This document shows positions 1-15,198 of a DNA stretch of 64,000 nucleotides, one piece after another. Both the position numbers and the translations under genes were made by a program. This DNA comes from Octopus vulgaris (lineage: Eukaryota), in the NCBI GenBank assembly GCA_951406725.2, contig OX597838.1, positions 40,548,001 to 40,612,000 of the forward strand. The letters run 5' to 3'. The notes under the pieces were generated by a model, which did not search any database, had not been told where the DNA came from, and was given only the letters and a program-made list of their open reading frames with translations. Every line of letters starts with the position of its first letter. Position 1 is the stretch's first letter.

Positions 1-1718
1 GTGTTATCTTGATATTCATAAGTACATTCTTTCTCCAAGAACGTTTTTGATATCAATCTATATATAGAGAGAGATAGAGATATAGATAGAGACATCCACC
101 TACGTGTATACATATATCTATATACACACATTCATACACAAACGTTTATATTTCGTTTATTTCTTTAATGTTTTAAAGATTTTTCGTTTTGTGTTTGACA
201 TATTTTCACCTTTAATTATAAAAAAAAAAAACTCAGCTTCGTATAAAGAAAAAAAAAAGGAAATAGAAGGAAGTAACAACAACTCCAACAATAACAAAAA
301 AGAACTGGTGATAAATATCGATAGAAGAAATGGCATTTGGCTCCTTGTCAAATACCAGCTGTTTTTAGTGTTCAGGACTAACTGCGAAGAATTGATATCA
401 CGTGACTGGTGTTCTCCGATAACTACACATATAAACGCAGACAAACACACACACACACACACACAGAGAGAGAAATACACACATACACACACATACCAGA
501 CAAACGAATATTATTAATGGTTAATTCAGAAAAAAGTGCCATTACAGAAACTGCAAAAACAAACATGAAAATAATATCATTTTTCCCATCTCAAAATCGT
601 TCTCACTCCCTCCTTCTTTCTCTCTCTTTCTCTATCTCTTACGTGTTATTTCCCTTTCTCTATCGTTTTCTATCTCTCTCTTTTTCCATTAACCAACATA
701 TTATGTGTTTTGAAGCCACTGCACTTTATAACTCATATCCACCGATATCTTCTCACCTTACTGCCCCAGCTTTGGCAATCGATAAAGCTTTAATATTAGT
801 ATAAGTGGGAAATAAATAAATAAATAAGTGGGAATAAATATATAAATAAAATGGCGTCTGAAACTCCGTAAGGTGTTGATTCCATTCTCTTGCAGATTTT
901 TCGTAATATTTTTCAGATTTTAAAGAAAAAAGTTGCTATTTTCTGATGTCCGATGTAATTTTTCCTCGAGAATTTAACCAACGTAATTACATGAAGAGTT
1001 TCAGCCAAGGGTGAAACTCGTAGCCACAGCCAAAAAAGCTGGGAGTTAATCTACGGTTCTTCATTGGTTTTTGGTGAATATTGATTTCTTTGCAATAGTC
1101 TCAATAATATGATGAAAGCAAAACATGATTATATGTGTGAGTGTGTGAGAGCGTGTGTGTGTGTGTGTTGAGAGAAGTAGCTACGCAGAAATAAATACTA
1201 TTCAGACGAGTTATTAGGATGTCAATTATGATTGGCCTGCTCTTTGAGATTACCCTATTACTATTGTAGATTAAATTAAATACTTCATTTTCTCAACGCA
1301 CCTCTTGTGCTAACGCCCAAACATCTCTTTGCACCTCAATGACACGATACCACTACATGCATCGCAACAGGATGGGAACAATTTGTGGCCAACCAAAGCA
1401 ACCAAAACCTGACAAAGAACATTTGACTAAGCTGTTGAGTATTTCTAATTTCTTTGTCTTGTGGTAATTGTTATTATTTCACAGACGCGTCTAATAAAAA
1501 TCGCAACAGGGTCCAAACTCACTCTGCCCTATTTTGTTTGTTTTTTTTACTTTTTTGACATAAAAAACTAATATGAAATCCTAATTTCACTTAAGAGGAT
1601 GTAACTATTTAATCTGCGGGAGAAGTAACATCTCCGACTGCCCCTCGATCGGTTTCGATGTCACTTATGGGAAGGCCTGATCATATATGCCAGACATCAC
1701 AACAATCTAATCAAGTAA

Positions 1719-2260
1719 TCTTGGGTCATACATATCATCATCTGGAAAAGATTTTCTAACTAGAAAGGATATGACCTGGTCAGCCTGTAATAACATGCGT
1801 AAGATCTGGTCATCAAATCTAAGAAGAGACTTCAAACTTGAAATCTTCAAAGCCACAGTCGAACCAATTCTACTATATGGCTCAGAAACCTGGAAGCTTG
1901 AAAGGCGGTTGGATGGAACCTACACTCGCCTCCTTATGAGAGCTCAAAATCTCGTGGAATCGTCATCCAACCAAAATGCAAATATATGGGGAACTACCAC
2001 CTGTGTCATCTCTTGTGAAAGGTAGAAGAGTCCAGTTTGCTGGACACTGTTGTAGAGCTGAAAAAGAGGTAATCTCTACTCTTCTCCTCTGGAAGCCATC
2101 TACTCGCAATACCAGAGGGCACACACTCTCCTACCCTGATGTAATCTCCAGGGATACAGGCATCCAGCAACAGGACCTCCGTGATGCCATGATGGACCGT
2201 GAAGTCTGGCGTAGCATGGTAAATTCCATTGTCTCGACCACGGTCGAACAATGATGATGA
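1719..2260 (+). mobile_element. 5'-truncated RTE-clade LINE (C-terminal RT/thumb region, frameshifted) with (TGA)n tail and 11-bp TSD
   Basis: Translations LGSYISS..., FKATVEPILLYGSETW, RRLDGTYTRLL, RRVQFAGHC, AMMDREVWRSMV are typical of the RTE ORF2 C-terminus. Ends in ATGATGATGA. Flanked by the direct repeat TAATCAAGTAA at 1708-1718 and 2261-2271. Confidence 0.9.
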
Positions 2261-3139
2261 TAATCAAGTAAATTAACGCAAAAGGCCGAAGAGATTCGTA
2301 GCATCACGACAATTCATTGCATCAATGAGAGCACAACAACCGGGTTGGTGGTAAACCGTGGAGGGGAACTTCAACTGGTTTGTACTGTCCAGGATTAGCA
2401 TTTAGCTTCATTAGACAATCGAGCAAGTTCGCTTGAAAGAGAAAGATTATCCGCTGAGTGGGCGACGTCTCGGTGCCTCATAAATAACTGCCGAGTGGTG
2501 GCTTTTGAATAGTGTGGCACTACTCACGAGTAATTTGTTCTTTCATTAGCCAACCAAGCAAATAAACAAGAAAGAGAATGTGCGCTTGCTTCCGTAGAAA
2601 CACAGAGGCTCAGTGCATCATTAATGCCACATCAGTCACGTGGTGATTCTTCAGCTGAGTTGGATTGCTCGGACTGTAGCTTATAGCTTCGTTAGATACT
2701 AGGAAACTCTAATTCCTCTTATACTGATACCAAATATTGCAACAGCTTAACTACACAAAATCCGATTGTGCTTAAGTAGTCATTAACCGAATGTGGCCGA
2801 ATGCCTCCATTGGTAAATAATAACGAGTACACAAAACTGAAGCTTAAGATTTTCGAGTAAAAGAAGGACACACCTTCTCTCAGTATTCTGATCTATTTCC
2901 ACGTCATAATAAATATTTAATTCAAGTTCCTCTAAAACAGCATTATCATCGAATGTTACTTCGCTGTCTTGAACTTTTCTTGGAGAGAGAAGGAAAAGAT
3001 TCTTATTAAATTTTAATTTAGCAGATCTTTGTTCAATTTACCATTTGTCCAAAGTTTGTTGGAATTAGTCACAGCTTAATGGCCTTTCCCAATCCTACAT
3101 ATTAATGTAGGTCAGATTGTAATTTCATGGGAGAAAACA

Positions 3140-3390
3140 CCGTCACCAATGCTACCACCACCACCACCACCACTAATATCGACACTTCCAGTTCCAATAG
3201 CAACATCAATAACAACAACAGAACACCAACATACGGCCCTTACCTCAAACACCAACAACACCATTTCCACTCCACTATCACTACTACCATCACCTCCTCC
3301 ACCACCAACCACACCAGCACCGTCACCACCACCAGCACACTACCAACACCGTCTCCATCTCCACCCCACTCAACAACAGCAACAACAACT
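3140..3390. repeat. Degenerate (CCA/CAA)n low-complexity tract
   Basis: Imperfect trinucleotide repeats that produce the poly-T and poly-P ORFs. Confidence 0.8.
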
Positions 3391-4043
3391 AGGGACGCTG
3401 ATATTGCTGCATCAACCATGCTGTCATCAACCATGCTGTCGTCTCCATTGCTCTTCGAGTCACGTCGAGAGAACCTCTCGGTGGTCGATGAATCTACAGA
3501 AAATAGAAGTCAAATTGCTTTATACTATCTTGTATCCGCGTTAAAACAACGTTAGGTAACATTGAAGAACATGATCTCACAGACGTTATATGTGAAAGGA
3601 AGATTGAGATGAGGCCAGCTTTGATCCTAGAGACAATGACCCAATCGGGCCTTAGCCGAGGGTTAAACAACGTCAACAACAATAACGAAGACGACGAATC
3701 AAATTGCTAAGATGAAACTATTTGAGTGCTGAAATGTGATGATTTGTTCAGAATCTGAAAATATATTTTGGCTGAAGTCGAAACCTTTTCAGAGATTGTT
3801 TCTTCGAGGCTCAAGCCTCTCCATCTCACTATTTATGAGGTGGCTTCCTACACACTCGAGGATTTGGAATCTGCAGAGCATCTATCGACAAGTCAAGGTG
3901 AATTTGAAGCAAGGAAGTATCTGTGCAGCTCCGAGTATCATACTCCTCCTCTTACCAACCAACCACTGCCCTATTACTAACACGATATATTACTGGATTC
4001 TAATCTTTTTTTTATTTTGTAATTGCTTAGTCAAAAGAGAAGT

Positions 4044-4200
4044 CGTGTGGCCTAGCGGTTAGGGTGCTTAACTCTCGATTATAGTATAGTATCGTGAGTT
4101 CACTTCCTGAAGCGGGCGGTACACTGTTCTTGAACAAGTCATTTCGTTTCACGTTGCTCCAGTCTATGCAGCTACAGACGAATACCATCTGACCGCTCGT
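4044..4200 (+). mobile_element. Old tRNA-derived SINE fragment (A box plus conserved central domain)
   Basis: TGGCCTAGCGGTTAGG A box, then CTTGAACAAGTCATTTCGTTTCACGTTGCTCCAGT. Related copies on the minus strand at about 32075-32205 and 52625-52755. Confidence 0.6.
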
Positions 4201-4211
4201 GAACCACCCTC

Positions 4212-4309
<98 letters not shown>

Positions 4310-4689
4310 TCACTCACTCTTATTCTCTCCCACTTCTTCAACCTATCATATCCAAGCGTGCGGCTGGGCCAAAAGGAAGCCTATGACTGCTCGTGACCAT
4401 ACAGGCATCTGAAACCATTAGCGAAAGCATGGTACATGTTGCCTAGAGATAACCGCTCGCGACTGACAGGAAGGGGTCTTTGAAAAATCAGAAGAGGAAA
4501 ATGTAGTGCCTGACATTTTTCATGGCTTCTGAGATTACTGGGGCGGAAGACCTGATCAGAATATCCCAGAAAAAGGGTCGGCTTTCCTAAAGGTATCAAA
4601 CAAGCGATGGTATAAAACCAGGCGACGTTTTATGGTATAAAACCTAACCTACTTCTCAAGAACAGTCGCACTTGCTCACTCTCTCTCTT

Positions 4690-4747
<58 letters not shown>

Positions 4748-4748
<1 letters not shown>

Positions 4749-4885
4749 GGTAAGTAGCTTGTTTACAAATTACATGGTTCCGGGTTCAGTCACACTACGT
4801 GGCATCTTGGGCAAGTGTCTTCTAGCCAACCAAAAGCCTTGTGAGTGGATTTGGTAGACGGAAACTGAAAGAAGCCGGTCGTACT

Positions 4886-4924
<39 letters not shown>

Positions 4925-5101
4925 CCCATCATCGCTTGACAACCGATGTTGGTGTGTTTACATCCCCGTAACTTAGCAGTTCGGCAAAAGGGACCGATGG
5001 AATAAATACTAGGCTTACAAAAAATAAGCCCTAGGGTGGATTTTTTCGACTAAAGGCGGTGCTCCAGCATGGCCACAGTAAAATTAGTGAAACAAATAAA
5101 A

Positions 5102-5104
<3 letters not shown>
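4748..5104 (+). mobile_element. SINE family A (tRNA-derived, internal TA/TG microsatellite, CR1-like 3' tail), 5'-trimmed
   Basis: Matches the other family A copies: GGTTCCGGGTTCAGTC B box, CTTGGGCAAGTGTCTTCT core, GGCGGTGCTCCAGCATGGCC tail. Confidence 0.9.
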
Positions 5105-5144
<40 letters not shown>

Positions 5145-5209
5145 AGGTGGTGCTATTAAGTTAGACATGGCCTGGGCCAATAATGGCCGAAACCTATCAA
5201 AGTATCAAA

Positions 5210-5274
<65 letters not shown>

Positions 5275-5623
5275 CACCCTGTGGGGCATTTCCAAACAGT
5301 TTTTCAACCAAGTTTTACAAACAAGACTCGAGTCAATCCGATGCTCCGACAGAAAATAATTTTACATTTTTACATGTTGCTATGTTGTGAAATTGAACCC
5401 GAAACCACATAGTTGCGAAAGAAAGTTCTTATATTCACATTTATGTCTGTGATTCAAAAGTAAACTGGAAAGTAATCTTACATCACAACTGATAAGGAAT
5501 GCAAAACTTTGTTATCTTTATTCAATTTCACTTCTGTCAACATCTCCCTGAAGAAGGATTCTGTCCCAAACGTTGAACTTTCCAATTCCAATACTAATCC
5601 ACAGTGCTCCTTTTGTCGTTTTA

Positions 5624-5660
<37 letters not shown>

Positions 5661-5782
5661 TATACTTTATTTTAAGCAGCAGAAAATTCAACAAAATGCT
5701 GCTTAAAATAAAGCATATTACTCTACCACTGGTATTTGAGTACTCTTTTTTCCACCTTGTTTCACATTTATGTGTTTACTCC

Positions 5783-5784
<2 letters not shown>

Positions 5785-5857
<73 letters not shown>

Positions 5858-5980
5858 GTATATATATCTATATATATGTATATATATATATATATGTATA
5901 TGTATATATATATATATGTATATGTATATATATATATGTATATATATGTATGTATATATATATGTATGTATATATGTATA

Positions 5981-6035
<55 letters not shown>

Positions 6036-6096
6036 GTATATATGTGTATATATATATGTATATATATGTATATATTTATATATATATATATATATA
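5785..6096. repeat. Compound (TA)n/(TATG)n microsatellite
   Basis: Seen directly in the sequence. Confidence 0.95.
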
Positions 6097-6714
6097 TGAT
6101 TTTGATTTTGATTTTTCCAGTTTCAGCTAATGAGCTGTGGCCATGCTGGGGCACCGCCATTTGGTTTGCAACATGATTTTACCTCACGAATGCCTTTTAG
6201 CAACTGCCATTTGGTGCATGAGGGAGTTCGATGCAGCTGCCCTCATCTGCACCTCCTGCCCTGAAGTTGGTTCATCCGGGACACCTGACAGGAAGAGATC
6301 CAGTCCTACTTTAAAGACATCCGCATCTACACCATGCAGGTCCCTCAGGTTCTTCGGGAGGATATTGAAGAGATGTGGGCCTCTGAAGCCCAGGCTATCA
6401 CAGTATCTTGTCCTACATCTTGATGGCAAATTTGGAGTCCTAGGCACCACGCAGTGGCGCCCGGTTCTGGCATTTGTGTAATTCTCGATGCTAAAGTTTG
6501 GGACAAGTCCCTCCAGGATCTTCCAGATGTATATTATGGCATATCTTTCTCGCCTACGCTCCAAGGAATAGAGTTTTAATCTCTTGAGTCTTTCCCAGTA
6601 GCTTATATTCTGCATAGAGGCTATCTTCGTGTAGCTACGTTGGATCGCCTCAAGTTCTGTGATCAACTTGACACTGGATGGTAACCATAGCTGAGAGCAA
6701 TAGTCAAAGTGGCT
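6097..6714 (-). mobile_element. CR1-group LINE 3' fragment (ORF2 C-terminus, 3' UTR, (AAAATC)n tail)
   Basis: [65 protein letters not shown]. The 3' end carries a hairpin and an AAAATC repeat tail. Confidence 0.9.
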
Positions 6715-6839
6715 TATATATGTATATATATATATGTATATAAAAAAGGAAATGAAGAAAATGCTGACAAATAATTGAAGTAATTTAAGTAATTTAATTA
6801 GGTGAAAGTTCTTTTTACCGGTTGCGCATTTGTTATGCT

Positions 6840-7182
<343 letters not shown>

Positions 7183-7237
7183 GTAATGCAATACGAAAGT
7201 ATTGCTTTCCAGTAAAGAATAGCCCGTGACGGAAAAT

Positions 7238-8287
<1,050 letters not shown>

Positions 8288-10304
8288 TCTGGTTAAGCTT
8301 AATAAATTAAGAGCATCACAAGTAGTAGATTAACTAATCCACAGACTATCCTTTAATCTGGACAACGGCAAGGAGTGATCTGATAGATTTAGTAAATTGT
8401 TCGGTGCCAAATTCTGAGCCCGTTACCAATAATACACGTACCTAGATATTGATTTGCCGCACTTAAAAACAACCCGCGATACAATTAGATTACACGTTCT
8501 GATAACCACATTCACATATCTCGTTCGAGCCGTAAAAATCAATAACGCTAAAAACGTATATTACTTCTTTATCTCCTTCATTCTTTATGCGGCTAAAATA
8601 CGCACGAATCAACAACGTTCGTTTTGCACCTCATTTTCCTAGTACCGATTCAATTTGATAACGAAAAATGGATATTGTTTTGTTCCGTTTTTTGCCTTGT
8701 CGTTTTTTGAATTAATCCCACTGATATCTACCCATAAATTAATTAATTAATTAACATGTCTAACACAACTTTAATTAGCGAAGTTTATGATTTCATTTCG
8801 CTTTCCATTTTTCATATAAACAGTAAGTCCAGTTTATCTTCTCTTTTACTTTAAACCATATAGATGGCGCCATTGTAAGTATTTTCAACATTTATACAAG
8901 TCGCCGATCAATTTCTAAGATAAAACTTATATCATACTTTTTTATATCTTATCTATTTTGTATATATTTATTCATTATCGACATTGGTTTAAACATTTTA
9001 CGCATAGTTCTTATCTTCGCATACAATTTATGGTCAATATTTTCCACTCATTCCTAATTATTTCTAAATATCAGCTATAATAAAAAATGAATTATATATT
9101 TATTTAACATCGAAATGTACCATTGTTCAGGTGTCATCTACGGATGTAGACCACGCCCCTCTACGGATAAAAATCGAAAACATAATCTATTATAGATGCA
9201 CCATTCATATTAATCGTTTGATGATTGACTAATAATTAATATTTTAATGTATGGGGGGGGTGTATGTTTTCTTAGAATTCCCAGTTTGGTGTGGGAAGTA
9301 CTGTATTGGAACTTCGGTTTCAAGTCCAACAATATGGACCACTTTCTAAAATGAAAATAAAGATGTCGTGCAGCGTTTAGAACTAAACCATCGAAATTTT
9401 GCAGAAACAGAATAAGATTATAGGAAGATAATTATGGGACACAATCAAAGACCTTAAGATTGTTTACTGCTTAACCTTAAGAGTAACATAGTAAATAGGA
9501 GGTGATACGTGTATAACAAAGGTTCCAACGATGTTCTTCCCTGATATTGTATCTTCAGTACTATCTATATGAAAATAATGTCGCAGGAAAATGGTAAATT
9601 TTAAAAGAAATTACGCAATTCAGAATTCTCTACAGAATTTTCAAAACAACTGTGGAAATTCTACATTTAGAGATGGTTTGCTAAATTTCTTACATCCGCT
9701 TTTTCAAAACACTTCACTTTGATGATCACTTTTAATTTTCAGAATTTCTAATTTTTTATATTAAGAGAGTTATGCAAATTAAGAGTACAAGCGGCTATCT
9801 TCCAATGACCTTTCCTTTGAGCGTATTTTCTCGACATTTATTGTCTTCCATACTGGTTTCTACAATGTTTTTTTTTAAATATGTGTGTGTGTGTATACAT
9901 GTGTCTATGTATGTATATATAAGAGCATGGATATGACAACTTGGGTAGACCATAATCTTTATCTTCAAAAATAGGTTTTTGTTTTTGAACACTCGTTTTT
10001 GAACACTCGCAGCAGGAATCAGAATTTCAGGCCTTCTGCCTAAATTGGAAACAATTATTATAATGTCCATTTAAGGTAAACGTTCTTGTTGTTGTTGCTG
10101 TTGTTGTTGTTGTTGTTGCTATTGAATCTCGAGTCTGCATGGATCAATCAGATTATTTTCAATGACCTGACAATTTAGTGACATACCGGTCGACTAGGCG
10201 TTCCTTCCCAATGTTGCTTCGGATTTAGTGCCTGGGATGATCCTAGTATAATTCTTAGATATTTTCTTCCAAGTGTTGAAGTAAAAACAAAATACCTTTC
10301 GTCG

Positions 10305-10910
10305 CACTGCGGCCATGCTGGGGCATCACCTTGAAGAATTTAGTCGAACAAATAGACCCCCAGCACTTCATTTTAAGTCTGGTTCCTTATTCTATCGGAA
10401 TCTTTTGTCGAATTGTTAAGTTACGGGAATGTAAACAAATCAACACTGGTTGTCAAGCAGTGGGTGGGTGAGGGGGACAAACACAAACACACATATATGT
10501 ATGTATATATAAACATATATACGATATGCTGGCGAGCTGGCAGAAACGTTAGCGAGTCGGGCGAAATGCTTAGCGGTATTTCGTCTGTCGTTACGTTCTG
10601 AGTTCAAATTCCGCCGAGGTCGACTTTGCCTTTCATCCTTTCGGGGTCGATAAATAAAGTACCTGTTTCGCACTGGGGTCGATGTAATCGACTTAATACC
10701 TATGTCTGTCCTTGTTTGTCCCCTCTATGTTTAGCCCCTTGTGGGTAGTAAAGAAATACATATACGATACACTTTCCACACAATTTTCCTCAGCCAAATT
10801 CACTCGTAAGGTCAGTCCGGGGCTGTAGTGGAAGTCACTCGCCCAAGGTAGCGCACAGTGGCACTGAACCCACAATTACATCGCTGCAAAGCGAGTCTCT
10901 TAACCACATA
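10305..10910 (-). mobile_element. Older SINE A-related copy interrupted by a SINE C insertion
   Basis: The 3' half (GCGGCCATGCTGGGGCA...) lies at 10305-10525 and the 5' half (GCCCAAGGTAGCGCACAGTGGCACTGAACC) at 10770-10910. Confidence 0.75.
10530..10758 (+). mobile_element. SINE family C, full length, with 10-bp TSD
   Basis: GGCGAGCTGGCAGAAACGTTAG head, GAGTTCAAATTCC B box, AAAGAAATA end. TSD ATATACGATA at 10517-10526 and 10760-10769. Confidence 0.9.
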
Positions 10911-12174
10911 CACGCGGCGAAGGCGGCGGCGGCAGCGGCCAAGGCAGTCGTGGTTTCGGCGTTGTTATTACATCTGCGTTGCTTATATAATTAAGAACTA
11001 TTAACACATCTCAAATCTCGAGAGCTTTACTAAAGATTGTTACAAGATAGAAATTGAATCATTATCTGCCATCCACCGCAGCTGTTTGGATGTTTCACAA
11101 GAACAGATTTTGCCAACAGGAGGCTTTTAATCTGCAATATATTGTACACTTTGCCCGTCTGATGTAGAATTTATCAGCACAAGAAGATAAACATTCCAAC
11201 AAAGGAACGAAAAAGATAGTCGGGAATGGAGAACATAAACCACCATAAATCAGTTTGATTAAAAGGAGAATTATAATTGAGATCCTAGCAACTTGTCTAA
11301 AGGCAATATTTTTCTGGGGAACAATTTCTATCGCCATTTGTATAAATATTTCAATAATTAGTCAACTTCCTTTCTTCCATCACGTCTGGCAGTCGTTCTT
11401 TAGACGCACACAACTGACTGTCACTTGCACCGTTAACAATGCAAGACGGATTACGTATAAGTCAGAGTTTTCTGTTTTTTTATATATGCCTGCACCAACA
11501 TATAAACAAACATGCATGCACAAACACATACACACATGCATGTACACACATACGCATATAGACACAGACACATCTATATACGCTCATACATCAAACCTCC
11601 TCTAAATCACACATCCTGCTCTCTTTAAAAAGTAAAAATACTTTCAGATTTGTCACACACCTAAACTTCTGAAAAAGTGATGATTACCATTTACGAAGAA
11701 AATAAAAGAATATCACAGGAGAGAAACGAGACACTTCGTAAAAAGGACGAACAACGGGCGTTGAGTCAGGATAACTAACAGAATGTGCATGAGTTATTAT
11801 TTCACACTTCACTGAATGAACACCCCTTTAACACACCACCACCTCACAGCTCCACCCCCAATCAAGTATCTTGTTTTGGCCATCCACTATTTCCTTTCAG
11901 CTCTTATTCATCAAGATCCTTTCACTCCCACACTGATTAACAAACTCCAACCCCAAACATACCTAAATCCCATATATAGAGCCCCCCCCCCAAAAAAAAA
12001 ACCCCAAACCCTCAGATCAGTTTGATAACGAATGCGAGAAAGTCTCCAGAAAGAATTTTATAACAAAGATTTTTAAAAAGAAAAATCTCCCCACCCAAGT
12101 TAATAAAGAATTTACTAGATCTACGAATTAAAGAGTAAAATTTATATTAATAAAAAAATTATAAATAATAATTT

Positions 12175-12474
12175 CGTTTTGGGATTTGGTTTGCAAGATT
12201 CTTTATATGAGTTCGTGTTTTGAAGCAAATTCTGTTGTGTCTGGGGAGAGTCAGTCTCTTTTAGTGCCTTATTATTTAACACACACACCAGTAAAATTTC
12301 CACTTATGTCTTATTTTTATTTTCCTAAAATTTTCATTGCGTCTTGCAGACTATTGAAAAGGTTGCAAGACGCAATGAAAAATTTAGAAAATAAAAATAA
12401 GAAATAAGTGGGAATTTTACCGTGTGTTAAATAATAAGGCACTAAAAGAGAATGACTCTCCTCAGACACAACAG
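12175..12474. repeat. Inverted repeat (about 115-bp arms, 15-nt loop); probable Penelope-like element terminus
   Basis: 12232-12348 is the reverse complement of 12364-12474. A hammerhead-like remnant sits at the turn. A degenerate relative of the unpaired left part lies at about 49385-49450. Confidence 0.7.
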
Positions 12475-12542
12475 TATAAATAATAAATTAAACTGATTAG
12501 AACTAACAGTGAACACTTTCTTATTCCTTTTTCAAATATATA

Positions 12543-12892
12543 TATCGGCGTCTGATATTTGTATCCGGACTGTTGCCATAGTAACGAAGTATCCGGACTG
12601 TTGCCATAGTAACGAAGCTTAATTAAAGTACGCAGAGTAAAGCCGCTCGACACAGATTGATCTTGACCTTTGCTGTGCATGCGCACTAAGTTTTAACGCT
12701 CTAGCTCACTTCCGCCGTTTACAGCAGTGCTTGGAAGGAAAGGGTGTAATGTGTGATCGTCGCATTGACCATAACAGAGCAAGTTCTCATGGTGATACCT
12801 GCTCAGAGGCCTCTGCAAAGTTGCAGAAAGGGTATGGAGAGGAGTGAATGATCCGCACACAAGTCTACGAGTTGTTCATATGTTTCCAAAAG
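12543..12892 (+). mobile_element. Mariner-like element 5' relic with a 28-bp tandem duplication in its terminal region
   Basis: Homologous to 44760-45080. GTATCCGGACTGTTGCCATAGTAACGAA is repeated at 12561-12588 and 12589-12616. Carries a degraded transposase N-terminus (GDTCSEA.AKLQK.YGEE). Confidence 0.8.
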
Positions 12893-12960
12893 GTTTTTGA
12901 TCGCATGAAACTAGTGGTAGCTCATAAAAATACATATTGTATTTATTAAATATGTTATAT

Positions 12961-13233
12961 ATCACCGTGACCGACCAGGCTATCAGATGTTGCTACACAT
13001 CGCTGGTCACATTGTTTTAGCCTTCAAGTGACGCCACCCCGCTGGCTAAGCGAGCAGGCCAACAGAAGAAAGAATGAAAGTTGTGGCTAAAGAGTACAGC
13101 AGGGATTGCCACCACCCCCTGCCGGAGCCCCGTGGAGCTTTAGGTGTTTTCGCTCAATAAACACTCACAACGCCCGGTCTGGAAATCGAAGCCGCGAGTC
13201 CGCTGCCCTAACCACTGGGTCATTGCGCCTCCA
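12961..13233 (-). mobile_element. SINE family B
   Basis: Reverse complement of the 15199 and 19633 copies. Flanked by ATGTTATATA on both sides. Confidence 0.9.
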
Positions 13234-13237
13234 CATG

Positions 13238-13323
<86 letters not shown>

Positions 13324-13570
13324 GAGGGAGAGAGATTGAGAATGTGTGTGTGAGAGAGAGGCGGGAGGGAGAACCTTAAATCATAGCATACAAACACTGA
13401 GCCATACAAAACCTTTTTGGATCGGAAAATGTCGCAAGCTGCCGAAAGAGTTTTCCCAGCCAGTGTTTAGCTTTTTGTGTGGAGTCTCGAGACCCAATGT
13501 TCCAGGGAAGGATTGTTTCACGTTCACTCGAACGTTTATAAAAACATTCTTATGACGTCAATAATATATT

Positions 13571-13735
13571 GGAGTGGCTGTGTGGTAAGTAGCTTGCTTA
13601 CCAACCACATGGTTCCGGGTTCACTCCCACTGCGTGGTATCTTGGGCAAGTGTCTTCTACTATAGCCTCTGGCTGACCAAAGCCTTGTGAGTGGATTTGG
13701 TTGACGGAAACTGAAAGAAGACCGTCGTATATATG

Positions 13736-13789
<54 letters not shown>

Positions 13790-13987
13790 TGTGTCTGTGT
13801 TTGTCACCCCAACATCGCTTGACAACCGATGCTGGTGTGTTTACGTCCCCGTAACTTAGCGGTTCGGCAAAAGGGACCGATAGAATAAGTACTAGGCTTA
13901 CAAAGAATAAGTCATGGGCTCGATTTGCTCGACTAAAGGCGGTGCTCCAGCATGGCCGCAGTCAAATGACTAAAACAAGTAAAAGAG

Positions 13988-13988
<1 letters not shown>
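13571..13988 (+). mobile_element. SINE family A, near full length
   Basis: Runs from GGAGTGGCTGTGTGGTAAG to AAACAAGTAAAAGAG. Confidence 0.92.
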
Positions 13989-14026
<38 letters not shown>

Positions 14027-14094
14027 GTGTGGGTACGTATTAGTTATTTTTTTATTTAACTAGTTTCACCTCGAAAGCTCGTCATTCTGGGACA

Positions 14095-14139
<45 letters not shown>

Positions 14140-15110
14140 CAAAATGGGACAAGAACGCAAAACATTCAAATAGACGATACAAAAACACGGACGGGTCATT
14201 CGAAGCCTTTAATCTTCAGTCAAGAACCGGATCATCCTCGCAATTTCGGCTGATTAATCTTCAGATTGCTCCGATCTGGCCAGCCCCCAGAGAGAGAGAG
14301 GGGGAGAAGTGTGAGATAGAATAGAGTCCCATCTGTAAATCAGTTGGAATATTCATTATTGCCGTGTATAGCATCAGATGTAGATTTATTTTATGATGAT
14401 GATGAGGAGTTGGGTGGCGGTGGGGGGGCGGTAGCCGTCGCAAGGAAATAATGTAATAATGACCATCATGATCATAATGATGGTGATGGTGGTGGTGATG
14501 AGAATGCTGGGTATCATTATTGTAATCATCATCATAATCATTATCACCATCATCACCATCACCATCATCGTCACAGCCAATAAAACATCGACAACCAAAT
14601 TACAAGCTGGTGAACCCGTATATCCGGCCCCGACCCCACCCCCTCTACCTTTCCGCCATCTTCCTCCTCCACCATCCTTGTCTCTCCTAACCTAATCATT
14701 CTATCGAATGTAGACATCATAACAATCGCCATCCATATAATCTTTTAGAGTCGCCATAAATATTACATATCGATATTTTCTTAAAGCAAATATCGAACTC
14801 TGATATGTGACCAATTTCTTATCAATATTATCTCCTTCAGTTGACGTAGTTTTCACCTAAGTGATTATTGGCAACCATTCAGACGTGTCATGTGACCTCG
14901 CCGTTCTTCATTTTGTTTTCAGCAGTTTTTTTTCTCTTTTAATTCCAGACATCATTACTGTTCTTCATACTAAAACTATTATTGTCATTATTATCATTGT
15001 TGTTGTTGATATTTTCTTTTTCCTCTCGTTCTTCGTATTACTTAGGTTTGTGCGGGGGGAGGGGCAAGTACTGTGGAAGTTCAAGTATATGCGTCTATAT
15101 ATCTGCATAA

Positions 15111-15155
<45 letters not shown>

Positions 15156-15198
15156 CATACATACATACATTTATATATGTTTGTATATCAATATATGT

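Noticed and set aside
848-895. AAAATGGCGTCTGAAACTCC|GTAAGG as a first coding exon
   Set aside because: Only 17 coding nt, the nearest acceptor gives an implausible 28-nt intron, and no linked exon was found. It could equally be a YY1-like motif.
14136-14290. Repeat-like segment with CTGAAGA...CGAA motifs on the minus strand
   Set aside because: Stem II pairing or the GAAA is missing and there is only one copy in the window, which is too little for a hammerhead or Penelope call.
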